DNA of 63,779 nt, filler included, from Welwitschia mirabilis (Eukaryota), in the NCBI GenBank assembly GCA_051453625.1. It is 7 parts of one record of this genome, joined end to end, with 100 filler letters (N's around TTAATTAATTAA, not from the genome) between each part and the next. Parts side by side here need not be neighbours in the genome. Positions count along the whole stretch, not along the records: positions 14,263 to 27,391 come from JBOZIK010000001.1; positions 27,492 to 43,767 come from JBOZIK010000001.1; 5 more parts are not named here. The stretch is one strand, 5' to 3'. Positions 14,400 through 27,904 of this stretch are shown one piece after another (within the stretch, counting starts at the first letter, position 1; every line of letters starts with the position of its first letter). The position numbers and the translations under genes are program-made. The notes beneath the pieces are model-generated. The model ran no database searches and was not told the origin of the DNA. It worked only from the letters and a program-made list of their open reading frames with translations.

Positions 14400-17100
14400 A
14401 ACATCAGTGAGAAAGTTTAAATTGTTAGAAATAAGTGTGGCATGTCTATAGCATAAGCAATTAAGTGATCTTTTATGATTTAAAAAAAGAAAGTATCTAT
14501 TTCATTTACATTCAATGAGTATAATGGAGTAACATTGTGAAAGTTTACTTATTTAAAAGAGGCTTTTGCATTTGGATTAATGCCTTGGTATGTGTTCCCT
14601 AATTACTATTAGTGAGTTTAGTGCTTTGGTGGAATTGGGTCAATATATGAACTTCAATCTTAATTTGCAAGTTTAACCCTTCATTGTCATTACAAGTATA
14701 ACATTAAGAGTGGGTAAGAAGATAAGTTAAGTTTTTTTTAAGTTAGGTTGTGGGCTTGCCACAACCAATTATGTATGCAATATCATATCAAAATAATTTT
14801 ATGAAAAGTGTTATGGGTCTTATTTTATGATATTATTTTTACATGGTAAATGCTTGGGTTTGTCCCTTGTTAGGTTAGTCCCATGTTGGTGTGTCACATT
14901 GATGCGAGTATCATGCTTGGTGTGTCTAGCATGTTGTTGGGTTAGTCCATTTGTGATTTCCAGTGTGTATCCCTTGTCATGATTAGTCCACATGGTTGCA
15001 GTTAGTCCATGTTATCCTAGTTATTCCACTTTGCAATAGTTAGTCCATAGTTAATGTGGTAAATCCTATATGAATTATTATGCTAGAGTCATGCTATAGC
15101 ATTTTGAATATGCTGATAATCTAAATCTTAAATTTGTCTTAAAAGGGGGGTTTATTAGATTTTATTGGTGTGTTCAACACCTTCATTCCTCTCTTGAATG
15201 ATGGTTAAAATCACCTTCTGATTTCCCTCTTTGTCTGCCCTTTTCTATCTAATTTTGTTGCACTTTGAGGGTATTTAAACCCATTCATTCTAATGAAAAA
15301 ATTTGAGCTAATTTCCTTGAATATCATTGATTCTCCATGAGTTGATTTGATCTTTTACCCATTCATGCTTTCAATACCAATAAACATCATTATAGATAAT
15401 GAAAATCTCAATTTGTATCATAAGAAAAATAAACCTATAATGTTTCTAAAGCTCGATATAGCTAAAGTATTTACATAGTTCAGTGGAAAGTAATGGATTA
15501 TGTGTTATAAAAGCATGGTTTACCCACACCTCTTAGGTGTTTTACCACTTTTACATTTCAATGTCAACCTTTGGTGATCCTCTCTTTCCTAGCATCTTTA
15601 TTCTTATGATGGATTCCTTAGCTAGGCTTTTCTTTTCTTTCAAAGTCATATCTCAGCTACTAACTTAGCCCCCTCTTATTCCATTCTTGAGGTTGTAGAT
15701 AATACTCTTTTATGTTTAACTCTATTCTTCCTATGGCCCAGCAAGCTCATAGCCTCCTGAATGAGTTCTACAACTTCTCAGGCCTTGCATTAAATTGACA
15801 TAAATCTAAGCTTTTCCCTATCAATAGTCTTTAAAAAAGAAAGGCAGACATCTTGAAAGTTTTTTAGTGTTTACAAGTAGACTTTCCTAATTCTTATCTT
15901 GGGATTTCTTTTGATTCTAATCAAATTATTGATAATATTTCACCTTCCTTGGTAAAAAAAAATTATATCTTGATTAACTAGATGGGATAACAAATTCTTA
16001 TCAAATGTAGGAAAAATACTCCTGATCAAATATTATTTGGTAGGTATGATCATTTATCCTACCAATTACTTACGTATATCCAATAAGTTTACTCTCTTAA
16101 TTAATAATATTATTAAATATTTCATATGATTAGATGAAAGGTCCCATCAAATATTGCATCTTATAAACTTTGAGTAGATAGTTATGCTAAAAAAAATAGA
16201 TGGCCTTAGAGTACAAAAACTATGAACCTGAGTAAATGCATCCTTGTAAAGCACTACTATAGTTTTTTGGCAGATAATAGTATTCTTTGGATAAAATCCT
16301 TTAGATATGATTACGAAGATATAGAAAGGCACTCTAATTTCTAGAGACATACAATTTACTCCACTAGAGAGGTTTATCCTCAGGTTTTTAAAAATCAAAC
16401 TCTTCCTATTCAAAACTCTAAAATAAGCATCACAAAAATCTATCATAATTTGTTTGCTTACTACTATAGATGGAAGAAATTATGAAAACTAAATGTTCCC
16501 AAGAAACTTGATATATTTTGCTTGTATATGTTAAAGGATTTTATTCTAACAGTGGATAAGCTCATCCAAAGCATTTTAAAAGTCAATTAAGATTATTCTA
16601 TGTGTTATAAAGGAAATGAATCTGAAAATTACCTACTCATTTAATGTTATATTATAAATATCTTTAAAGAACCTTGAATATATCCCTCCCTTCTCATATT
16701 AGCTTGGAGACTTTTAATTCTTTTAGGAAAAATGACTTCATGATCATTGGTGCTTAGCTTCCATGGAAACATAGATGTAATATCATTTGTTATAGGGAAA
16801 AATCTCTCTTCCAAAGATAAAATTCAAAATTATTTAGTAGATTAGAGAATTAGATCAAATTCATATCTATAAAAATTGTGGTAGTTCAAACCCTGCAACT
16901 AGAACTGAGTTCAATTTATAGGATGATATGTAGCAAAGAGCATCTAACCCGCACTGGAGTGAAGCATTGGAATGGCCCCAAAGCAGTTGCTACAACTTCA
17001 ATGTATTAGAAGACATGGGAAAATCTTTAAGAATAAAGCCAATCAAACATGATGCACTACTGAATCATGAGCAAATCTAGGAAGCCTTCCAGGATGTACG
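14400..17100 (+). mobile_element. decayed L1-like LINE (possible ORF1 remnant, then RT and C-terminal zf-RVT region)
   Basis: FLKLDIAKVF (about 15443-15472), LSPLLF (about 15665), SYLGIS (about 15891), WDNKFLSNVGKILLIK (about 15983-16030) and LTVDKL (about 16546) occur in the order expected for plant LINE ORF2. Confidence 0.65.
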
Positions 17101-18904
17101 ATGAAACTCTTATGTTCTGCACTTTAGAGATTATAATATAATCTTTCAAAGTAGTTCTTAAGAAACTAGAATAGCATATCTACCAACATAGGTAATACTA
17201 TCATTTACATTGATGTTCCTTCCATTAATGATGTAATCCACATAGGTCCTAAAGGTGTTAAGCTAAAAAAGAATGCCCCTAAAGCATCCTTAGTTCTACA
17301 TTTTAAAAGATTGATACCAAAAACTTTATAAAAGAGAGGAGCAAGCTACAGAAGAAAATATCTTCCAAGGCTTTTGATGCTTGGTTTGCTTTAATCATGA
17401 AGTATGTTACCTTAAAAGGCCAAATTAATAAGATTAATAAGCTTTAATTCCATTCCTAGCTGCTATGAAGGGGGAATTTCAGATCGATCTTTCTTTTTAC
17501 TCTCTAACTCTTCAAAGTTTTAAGGTAAGACATGAAGGCTTAATTTAGCTTTTCTACTAGAGAAAAATGTAAATTGATGTAGGAATTCTAGGATGGAAAT
17601 ATGTTTCAAGGAGCCATATCTTAAAGTAGCTGCTATGGAAGCCACCGAAGTATGCACAAAGTGATGAAGAGCATAGCCTATCCACATCTACTAGGTGCAT
17701 TAACAACACATCAAAACTAAAATAGACTGAACAACAACAGTAAGAAAAAGAAGTAGAAGAGAAGGAATAGTCAAGAACAAGATGTAGAAGAATAGGAATT
17801 AAAGTTCATTGTTGTTAGTCCTCTTACCCAAATCCCCCCTCTTAATTTTGCCTCTAATGAATACCACTTTGTTGTAAACCCCTTGGGGTATACTAGTCTT
17901 AAGTCTCTTTCTAATTATATGGAACTTCAACTATCAAAGAGATTTCTACTAATCTTGAAACAATAACTTTTAAGCTATATTGTATCTTCTCTTATCTTTT
18001 TAACTAATATAATATATCTATTTTCTAATACTAAAAAACAAATTTACATTCTAGTTAATAAGTATCTATATTTGAGGAAGAAAGAATTAAAAGCTAAACT
18101 TAATGAAATAGAGTCTCATAGAAATGGGGCTTCTCTAAAGTAAGATTTACTTGTTATCCTATCTATATTAAAAACATCAAATGTATTCTCATAGTAATAT
18201 AGAGTTAACTAGAGCTAAGCATGATAGTCTTAAAGTGAAACATAGATTTTATTAAAAAATAATGGGATAAAGAGCCACATCACTACTTGTACTACTATAA
18301 TCAACATGAATGATAGCTACAAAAATTATCTCACATAGTTTAAAAAATGTAAATGAATAAGATAAGATCTTTTAATCTAGCTTCTAGCTTTAAATCCAAA
18401 GACAAGAAGAACAGGAAATTTGCATAACCCTTTTTAAATGAAAAATTTTCATGATGTTGGCTACATAATCATTCCTTTAGGCTTAGCGAATAAGTTACTA
18501 TTCTTTAAGTACTTTCAAATAACAAGTAAGTTAGGGTTGTAAGAAGGTTATAAATTATAATTTAAACTTTAACTATGGCTATTTGTTCTTTAATTACAAA
18601 ATTTATTTTTTCCTTTGTAAATCAAAGCAATCCTAATCCATAAGTATAAATTGATTAATTTAATATAACTTTAAATTTTTATGATGCTATAGAACATGGA
18701 TATTACAAACCATAGTTAATATCTTAAATAAATGCATATATAATTTATTTAACCTTAATTTATATAATTTATTTAACCTTAATTATAATTGCACCATTAC
18801 TAAAAGACAAGGGTCATTTTTAGAGAAATTTCTCTTTTGATGTTTTTAGATCATTAAAAAGACTTTTTCTTATCCCATTCTCCTTTTTTCTTTTTTCTTT
18901 AAAT

Positions 18905-18905
<1 letters not shown>

Positions 18906-18940
<35 letters not shown>

Positions 18941-18941
18941 T
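18906..18941. repeat. (TA)n(CA)n microsatellite at a gap edge
   Basis: Read directly from the sequence. Confidence 0.9.
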
Positions 18942-20899
18942 AANNNNNNNNNNNNNNNNNNNNNNNNNNNNNNNNNNNNNNNNNNNNNNNNNNNNNNNNN
19001 NNNNNNNNNNNNNNNNNNNNNNNNNNNNNNNNNNNNNNNNNNNNNNNNNNNNNNNNNNNNNNNNNNNNNNNNNNNNNNNNNNNNNNNNNNNNNNNNNNNN
19101 NNNNNNNNNNNNNNNNNNNNNNNNNNNNNNNNNNNNNNNNNNNNNNNNNNNNNNNNNNNNNNNNNNNNNNNNNNNNNNNNNNNNNNNNNNNNNNNNNNNN
19201 NNNNNNNNNNNNNNNNNNNNNNNNNNNNNNNNNNNNNNNNNNNNNNNNNNNNNNNNNNNNNNNNNNNNNNNNNNNNNNNNNNNNNNNNNNNNNNNNNNNN
19301 NNNNNNNNNNNNNNNNNNNNNNNNNNNNNNNNNNNNNNNNNNNNNNNNNNNNNNNNNNNNNNNNNNNNNNNNNNNNNNNNNNNNNNNNNNNNNNNNNNNN
19401 NNNNNNNNNNNNNNNNNNNNNNNNNNNNNNNNNNNNNNNNNNNNNNNNNNNNNNNNNNNNNNNNNNNNNNNNNNNNNNNNNNNNNNNNNNNNNNNNNNNN
19501 NNNNNNNNNNNNNNNNNNNNNNNNNNNNNNNNNNNNNNNNNNNNNNNNNNNNNNNNNNNNNNNNNNNNNNNNNNNNNNNNNNNNNNNNNNNNNNNNNNNN
19601 NNNNNNNNNNNNNNNNNNNNNNNNNNNNNNNNNNNNNNNNNNNNNNNNNNNNNNNNNNNNNNNNNNNNNNNNNNNNNNNNNNNNNNNNNNNNNNNNNNNN
19701 NNNNNNNNNNNNNNNNNNNNNNNNNNCACATATGGAAGATACATATTCATTAATGTTTTAGATTAGAATTTAGATTAGTGTTCTACTACCGACACATAGT
19801 GTTCTTTGTATAAATAGAAACTTTACTTCTACTTGAGTTAACCATAAAGAGAACTACATTACTAAAGGCCCTTTTGAAGAAAATTCATGCCAATATAGTT
19901 CCTTAAACATTTCTCTCAACAAAGGTAAGATTTGAGATTTATTAATATTTTACCTTCATAACTCTCTACTAAAAATTAGAGTTCTTTCTTTCCTTTATAG
20001 TTATCTAATAATAAGCATGTATATTTATTTTTCATTAAAAGATAAAAGATAAATAAAATTATCTTAATCAAAATAAATATAACCTTAATTATATGAATAT
20101 ATTACTACATACACATCTATGTATTATTGTTCTTTAATATTTTATTTATAAAAGCCTTTTTATTTATAAGGATTTCTTAACTTTTCAAAAACAATACTTT
20201 ATAAACTACGATTGCATCTACAATAGGAGTTGAGTATGTAATAGTAATCCAAGGACACATACCTAAACAGAAGCTCAGTTCCCACTCACGACCCATGTAA
20301 TAAGCTACACCTAATAGAAAATGAATAATAATTAGTTCATAAGGATCACCATTGTATGACTATACTTCTATAACCATAGCGTATGGAAAACTTTTTAGAG
20401 TCTTTCCAACGAAAGATACTAATTTAATGATGGAAAATAAGCATTAATTTAGTGAAACCAAAAAAGCAATTCGATATTCAAAATCTCAACCTTAGACTAA
20501 AATATTTTTATCATTAACTAGATAATAGTCACTGAATAAAGGAGAGATAATTTTAAAGATTTCATTGTTTAATACTTTATTCACTATAAAAGGACCTATT
20601 CATTTCTAAGTAAATTTTTTATTATAATTATACATTTAGAATTACATAATAACCTATTATCATACTTTTAATTCTTTAGTTTTTATTTTAAAGTCATGGT
20701 GATCCTTACTTTGATAAATCTACTTTTTTTGTAAAGCTATCATTCTTTTTTCATGTAAGGAATTTAATCCATTTAGCTAATATTTAATATTTTCATCCAT
20801 GTAAAGAGTTAATTATTTAGCCAATCTTAAAGTTTTATATCTAAACTCAATTAGAATTATTTCTTATTTATAGTAAACTAATCCACATGATGTAAATCT

Positions 20900-23800
20900 A
20901 ATTGATCTTTTTCATGTAATTTGATAGGAACATAGAAATTATCTAATCTTTCTACACAAGTTTTCTTTCTATTACTAATGGTTTTTTAAGTATTCTTTTA
21001 AATTTTCTCTCAGCATTTTCAATCTAACCATTTATTTTAGAAGGATGAGATGTAACTAGTATATGATCTAGAAGTTTAGCAAATACATATTTAGTGAGAT
21101 AAGTTCCCCTATTAGAAATCAATATTAGAGTAGTTTCAAACTTATTTTACTATGTTTCTATGAAAAAATTATTACTTGTCTTAGAGGTATACTCTTTACT
21201 TAGTTTTATCTTCTACCTAGTTAGTTAGTTAGTCCATAAAAACTATAACATGTTCTTTCCCTAAAGGCCTAGAATTAATTTATCCTATGAAATCTATACT
21301 CCAAAATTCAAAAGATTATATAATTTGGATTTAATTTTGATGCATTTCATGAATTTTATCTAAAGATCCTTCTCTTTGATATCTATCATAACTTGTAACA
21401 AAGGTATAACAATCTCTAAATAAATAAGGTCAATAATATCTATCTCAGAGAATCTTAAATGAAATTTGATTTTTCATTGAAATTTCCTTGATACTTTTTT
21501 CATCCATAATTTTAGTAATTTCTATTAGTCATCTTCTTCCATCCAAATTATCAATAGTTCATCTATTTCTATTTTAGATAAGGTTCCTTGATTCTAGAAA
21601 TATTTAGTAGCTTCTCTAACCAATTTTTTACTTTTCATGATGAAATAATCTTTGGTAGTTCTTGAGTAGCTGAAGAATTAGCTATATCATTAAACCAAGG
21701 CTTTATATCATCAAATCAAGGCTCTTAGAAATATTTAGTAAGGCTTCATCTAGAAATTCTTCTCTTACTTTGAATTGTTCTTCCTAGTAGTTATCAAAAC
21801 TTAACTTACACAAATGACTATCTACCACATTTTTATTCTTTTTTACTATAATAGCTAGATTAAGCCTTACATTAATAAAATCCATCTAATTATTCTAGAA
21901 TTCACCTTTTTTTAATTTATTAAAAATATTATGGTTGAATGATTAGTATGTATTTTTGTAAAATATCTTAGTATAAAATATCTAAACTTTTGTAAATAAA
22001 ACACTATGAATAACACTTCTTATTTAATAACTATATAATTTAGTTGATTTAGATTAAATATTTTACTAATATAAGTTATAGTACAAAGTTTAAATTCATC
22101 ATCTTTCTATCCTAAAATTTCTCCCATAACATAATTTGAAGCATTAGTTATAATATGAAATTTCTATTCTAATTGGGGATTTATAGAACAGGTAATTCTA
22201 AGATTTTTTGCTTTAGCTACTTAAACGCTTCTTAACACTCAGCACTCTATTTATATTCTTTATCATTTTATAATAACTTATCTAGTGGATTGGCTATTTT
22301 ACCAAACTTAGAAACAAATCTTCTAGGATATTTAACATAATCAAAAAATAGTCTTTTTTTCTTTCAATTTAGTTTTAACATATTTTATAATATTTTTATT
22401 ATTCTCAATAGTCTCTATTACTTTTTTTAATATTTTTTGTCCTAACACTATCTCTACTTTCATCATTAAATAGCTCCTAGATCAGGTCAATTTTCATTTA
22501 TTTTCTTTACACCTTTTAAGAAAATCCTCTATCCTATTTAAAGATGCATAAAAGTTATTTGTATATGTTGCAACATTATTCTTGAAAGCCTTCATTGATT
22601 TTCCCAACATATGTTTAAAAAAAATTGATAAACTTTCTTTTCAAATGTGGTTGCAGTATTGCATAACTCAAATGGTAAGACTCTAAAGAAAAACATTCCC
22701 CAATGGGAGGTACACATTATTTCATCTTGAGCTTACAGTGCTATGAGAATTTTATTGTGACTAATATATCCATATAAAAAAGTATAAGATTAATGACTAG
22801 AGATTATATTTAAAACTTAGTTAATAAAGGTAGTGAAAAATATTCTTTATAATTTGTTACATTTAACAATATATAATTAATATGTTCTTATCATTTTCCT
22901 TCCTCTTTAGTTACAACTATAACAAAACTAACTGAATCTGTTTCATCTTTTATAACTTATCGAGCCTTAGATTTTATTCTTCTTTTAAGTTATCTAATTG
23001 ATTTTATAAACTAATTTTAAAACATTTTATACTAATAAACATTTACATCTATTTCTTATATGTTAAAATTGGTGTACATAAATGATATACTATACATTTT
23101 TAATAAATTCTTAAGTTCTATGTTTTAACTATGATGTAGTTCATATTGGTTATAAAGGTTCTACTCTATTCAATATGAAAGTCTTTCAATCCCTCTTTCA
23201 AACCTATTTTTTTGAATTCCTTCATTATTAATGTTTCAATCATATTTTTTCCATCATTCTCAATTTTTTAAAAAAATTAGACTTCATCTTATATTGTGTT
23301 TAAGTTATTTATTTCTCTCTTTTCTAAAATTTTAACTTTCTTAGAAAATATTATATGTTTTTAAAAATTATCCATTGTAATTTCCTAAATTCCCTTTCTA
23401 ACATATAAAGTGGCATTAATTAGAGTTATTCAAGATCTCTCTAATGTTATAGGACAATTTTTCTATGTTTATTTTGTTTCAAAAAATACTAAATCTACTA
23501 AATCTATGAAGCCTTACAAGTCCATTAAGACATCTCTTATGATGTGTTCTACACTTATAAAGGGCATATCTACTTATACTAAGTTTCTATCATATTCATC
23601 TATTTCTATTTTCCCCATTATTTCTATCATATTCATATATTTATATGTTCCCCACTTCTTCATTTGCTTCATATGAGATAACATTTATACTTATTCTGGA
23701 ATCAACTATAGCCATAAAATTAATGCTATTAATTTTGATCTCTACAATTGTTGTTCCTTAATATTTGTACTTAACTCTATTACAATCTTATAAATAAAAA

Positions 23801-25640
23801 GGAATACCCAAGATAATGAATCCTATTTTGTCTCATTTGTCTTTCTCGTCTTTTTATTTTTATAACACATTTCTCTAATAGCATTTAAATAGCCTACAAC
23901 TTCTCTTAACAATTGCATTAGAGGTAAGGTGATAGGTAATTCCATAAGTTTTTCCATGAACATAGCTATGTTTTTCCATGAACATAGCTATATATTTAAT
24001 TAACTTTGTATTCTTGTTATTATTATACTCTTGACCATTTCCCATAAGATAGAGAGGTTTCCAACATTGTGACTTCTTAATTATTCCATGAACTTTTCAT
24101 GTTTCTTATTAATTTTTCTAAGGCTTCATTACTATTTAATATCTTTTTACTTATTTGATAAATTTCTTATATCTTGTATTTGTTTCTATGTAGGAAAAAT
24201 ATGTTTTCTAGATTTAGTTTCTATTATAGTAACTCTTAGGTTCTTCATAATCCAATTTTTATCTTTATTTTTATTTTTCTTACTAGTTTCTTCAATCTCA
24301 TGCTTATATCTTCAATTTTTAAAATACAACAACAAGTTTATGTAAAACATTCTTTTTGGGTTTTCTTCAACTTCTTCATTAATAAGGATAAGGAGTTGAT
24401 TTGTTTAAATTTAAATTTATCATTATCATTATGCAAAAATAGATCTTCTTTAGTCACATCTAATCATTCAACAAAGTGGTTATATCATGAACAATTAGCA
24501 GCTTCATATTTTCCTTCATGATAATGCTCACATAATTTTGATGCCTCACTCTTAATAAGACATTTCACTTTTCCACTTAAATAATTAATAAACTTTCTAA
24601 CTTCCTCTATTTTGTTGTTTAATGTGATCGTTGTTTCATCTTCGATTCCATAAATATTCTTTTATTTCTCATCATTTTCATCATTTCCTTTCATGTTTCA
24701 ACCTTTTTTCATTTTATAAAGTTCTAAAGTAATATCTTTTATGCTAGAAATATTTTAATTTTTGATACTTCCTTTCCTTAATAGATTTATGTTTTTTAGA
24801 GTTTCTTTTTTTAATCATCTAAGAAATTTCCTTATTTTTTCTCTTACATTTATTTCATGAATAGAACATATTTGTAATGAAATAGTATACATATCATAAA
24901 ACGCATCAAAGTCTTCATGTTGGTATTATTTCAAACTCATTATCTGATTCCTTAAATATTCCAAAATTTTAAAAGTTTATTTTTTTCCCAAGAACATAGT
25001 TCTAACATTATTCCGACTTCTAATAGTTTGTTTTGCAAGTTTGTGATACCAAAGAGTTGCATATCCTTTTAATGAAAAACCAAAGTACTTAAGTTTCTCA
25101 CTATATATTTTCAAATAGTCAACTTTACAGAATAATTAAATAAGCTCAAATGTAGGATGGGACCTTCAATGTCATTACACTTAAAGGTTGACATTAAAGT
25201 GACATTGATATTTTTTTCTTTTCTTAAAGTGAAAAGTACTTTTTCATCCATAAGACCAAATTCTATTAGTTTGGTTAGGTGGTCCACCAATAGTGGAATT
25301 TAACTTCTATCATCTTCCTAGAGAACTTGCTCAAGCATTATTTCATGAATCTTATTCATTCTAACCTATACCTCTTCATTTTCTATTTTAAACCAAGTTT
25401 ATCTTATTCAAACCCTAAATATTTCTCTCTAATGAAAACAACAATAGTGTTAATAGAGGTTTGAAATTGTTTATAATTTTTAAGTTATTTACAAAATCTT
25501 TCAAATTGATCTTTTCATCTTCTATTAATCTCTCTTTTAAAGGTTTTACTAGGTAATGGTGGTGTTTCTATTTTTCATAATTATTTATTACTCAAATATT
25601 AAGTTTCTTTAATAAATGATTTCTCCCTAGAAATGGAACT
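20900..25640 (-). mobile_element. Athila-like Ty3/gypsy gag-pol pseudogene (family B)
   Basis: gag LKYFGFSLKGYATLW at about 25050-25092. RT remnant (GYISHNKILIA...WGMFFFRVLPFELCNTATTF) at about 22640-22775. RNase H and integrase remnants run down to about 21000. A decayed PBS lies at about 25622-25640 next to the LTR. Confidence 0.8.
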
Positions 25641-25644
25641 AAAC

Positions 25645-26566
25645 CATGGTTCACAAAATGTCTAAAATACCAAATATTTTTAACATTAAATTTATTAATA
25701 AATTATGTAATTATAGTAGATTTAACATTTATAACCATGAAAATGCTATTCTCTTATGTGATTAAAGTGAAGTTAAAATTAACACTTCTTTTGGCATATA
25801 TTTAAGAAAAAAAGGGGGAGGGGATAACACTAACTACATAAGAAAAAATGTTAACAAAAATCTAAATTTCTTAAAGCAAAATTAATTCAAGGATTATATA
25901 TCATTTCAAAAAGAGAATAAAGAAAGTAAGCTTTGAACTAAGTAAATATATATTTTACTTCCTAGATCTAAAATATTTTAGCATAAAGATAACATAAAAT
26001 AAATAAAAAGTATTTCCTTTTTAGAAATATTGGAATGATAATCATTAATATTGAAATTTTATATTTTAAAAAAATAACAACATATATCATCTACTTAAAC
26101 AAAATAATCTAACCTTAATATCTTTCTAAGGAAGCACAAATACTAAGCTATAAAATATCATTTAGCAAAAACAAGGAAGAATACAAGCTTGTGTTAACAG
26201 TTCTTTTAGCTAAATGGAGGTTAAGCTTGTTATCTTAAAAATTATTTTATAAGAACTTAAAAACATTACTGCACAAGTTACAAACTACCTCTTTTACAAT
26301 AGTAAGGGGTTATTTATAATGAAAATCTAACTATAATAGTTTTGAGATTAACTAGGATCACTCTCTTTATTTTTCTTCTAATTAGGTTCCTTTTTATTTG
26401 CAGCCACCTATAATACTTATAATAGATCTTATTTTAGTTATATTATAACTAAGATAAAAAATAATTTTTAGACCTAATTATAGTTAATATTGTAATTAAG
26501 ATAAATAATAATTATTATTTTTAATACATAAAAAGATATAAAATTAATAAAAATTAAGTTCCATCA
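25645..26566 (-). mobile_element. LTR of family B (5' LTR)
   Basis: Diverged direct repeat of 4158-5115, adjacent to the PBS and gag. Confidence 0.75.
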
Positions 26567-27046
26567 TGTTTAAATGGGAGAGTGAATAATTGATGAATGC
26601 TTTTCCTTTTAAGTACTAGAAATTGTTATTCAAACAAATACTCAAGCAAGTATAAATATAAAAAACCACAAGACACACTAATCATTTTCTTAACCTATAA
26701 TAATTAAGAGTTTTATGGTAAATGAGAAATCATTCCTATAAATCTCGAAGGTCATTTAACGTAACCAAAAGAACTTATGATATCAAAATATTACCAACAA
26801 TTAGACATGAATCATCTTATGATATGATAGAGGACATGTAAAGATAAGTCAGCTTATGATATAAGACAAATAAAACATGACATATTTCATAATCTCATGC
26901 ATTAATCAAAAAGCTTATTAACTTTAATAAAGCATTTAAAGAACTTAAAGATGATATAAGCCATTATCATAACCACAAAAGTCATAATGGAATCTATGAG
27001 TGTGGAATGATAGAATAACAAATGAGATAAGTGGGTAATGCCATGT

Positions 27047-27904
27047 CAATGTTAATTCAAGCATAAAATGAAAAATAAATGATTAGATGAAGAATTTATA
27101 ACCATAAGTATTGGTTGAATTTTTTATAACTTTAGGATTAGGTTCTCTTTAAAAAAAAATTCTAAGTTGTTGTCATCCAACTTAGTCTTTATGATCTGTG
27201 TCTAATTAGGAATTAATCTAAGAGATAGTATTAATCAAATTTCAACAGAAATCATAAGAGACATCATAAGAATAGAAGAAGAAAGACATTTTATTAAATC
27301 AATGAATGTCTTACAATACCTCAGTAAGGTAGTAGCTCCTCAATGTTAGAAATACAACCTTCACACCAAGAATGATCTCTCTAATGTTGAANNNNNNNNN
27401 NNNNNNNNNNNNNNNNNNNNNNNNNNNNNNNNNNNTTAATTAATTAANNNNNNNNNNNNNNNNNNNNNNNNNNNNNNNNNNNNNNNNNNNNGGATGATAG
27501 TTACCCCGACAACCAAGTCAGCAAGCACATCAGCCTCACTGCATCAACCTTGCCAGTCTCCTTCGAATGCAATTGTTCCTGTGGTCATGCCCTTTGTCAT
27601 GGGGATGACCTCCACTTATTTCTCCACTTTGTGTCTTTATTGAATTCTTACTCTTCTAGATGAAAATATGGCATTTAATATCATAATTAAATTGTTATAT
27701 TGATTCATGACAAAATGCCTGAAAATGACTGAATTGAGTCCCTGTTCCCTGCAAAACATCGCCAATTACACCATTAAAACATGACAATTTGGGATCACAA
27801 CAATGTTAATTCAAGCATAAAATAAAAAATAAATGATTAGATGAAGAATTTCTAACCATAAGAATTGGTTGAATTTTTTATAACTTTAGGATTAGGTTCT
27901 TTTA
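27047..27904 (+). repeat. ~100-bp direct repeat (27047-27150 and 27801-27904) flanking a truncated family A-like LTR fragment
   Basis: caatgttaattcaagcataaaat...ctttaggattaggttct occurs twice with 3 visible substitutions. The insert ends ...tttgggatcacaaca at 27802. Confidence 0.85.
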
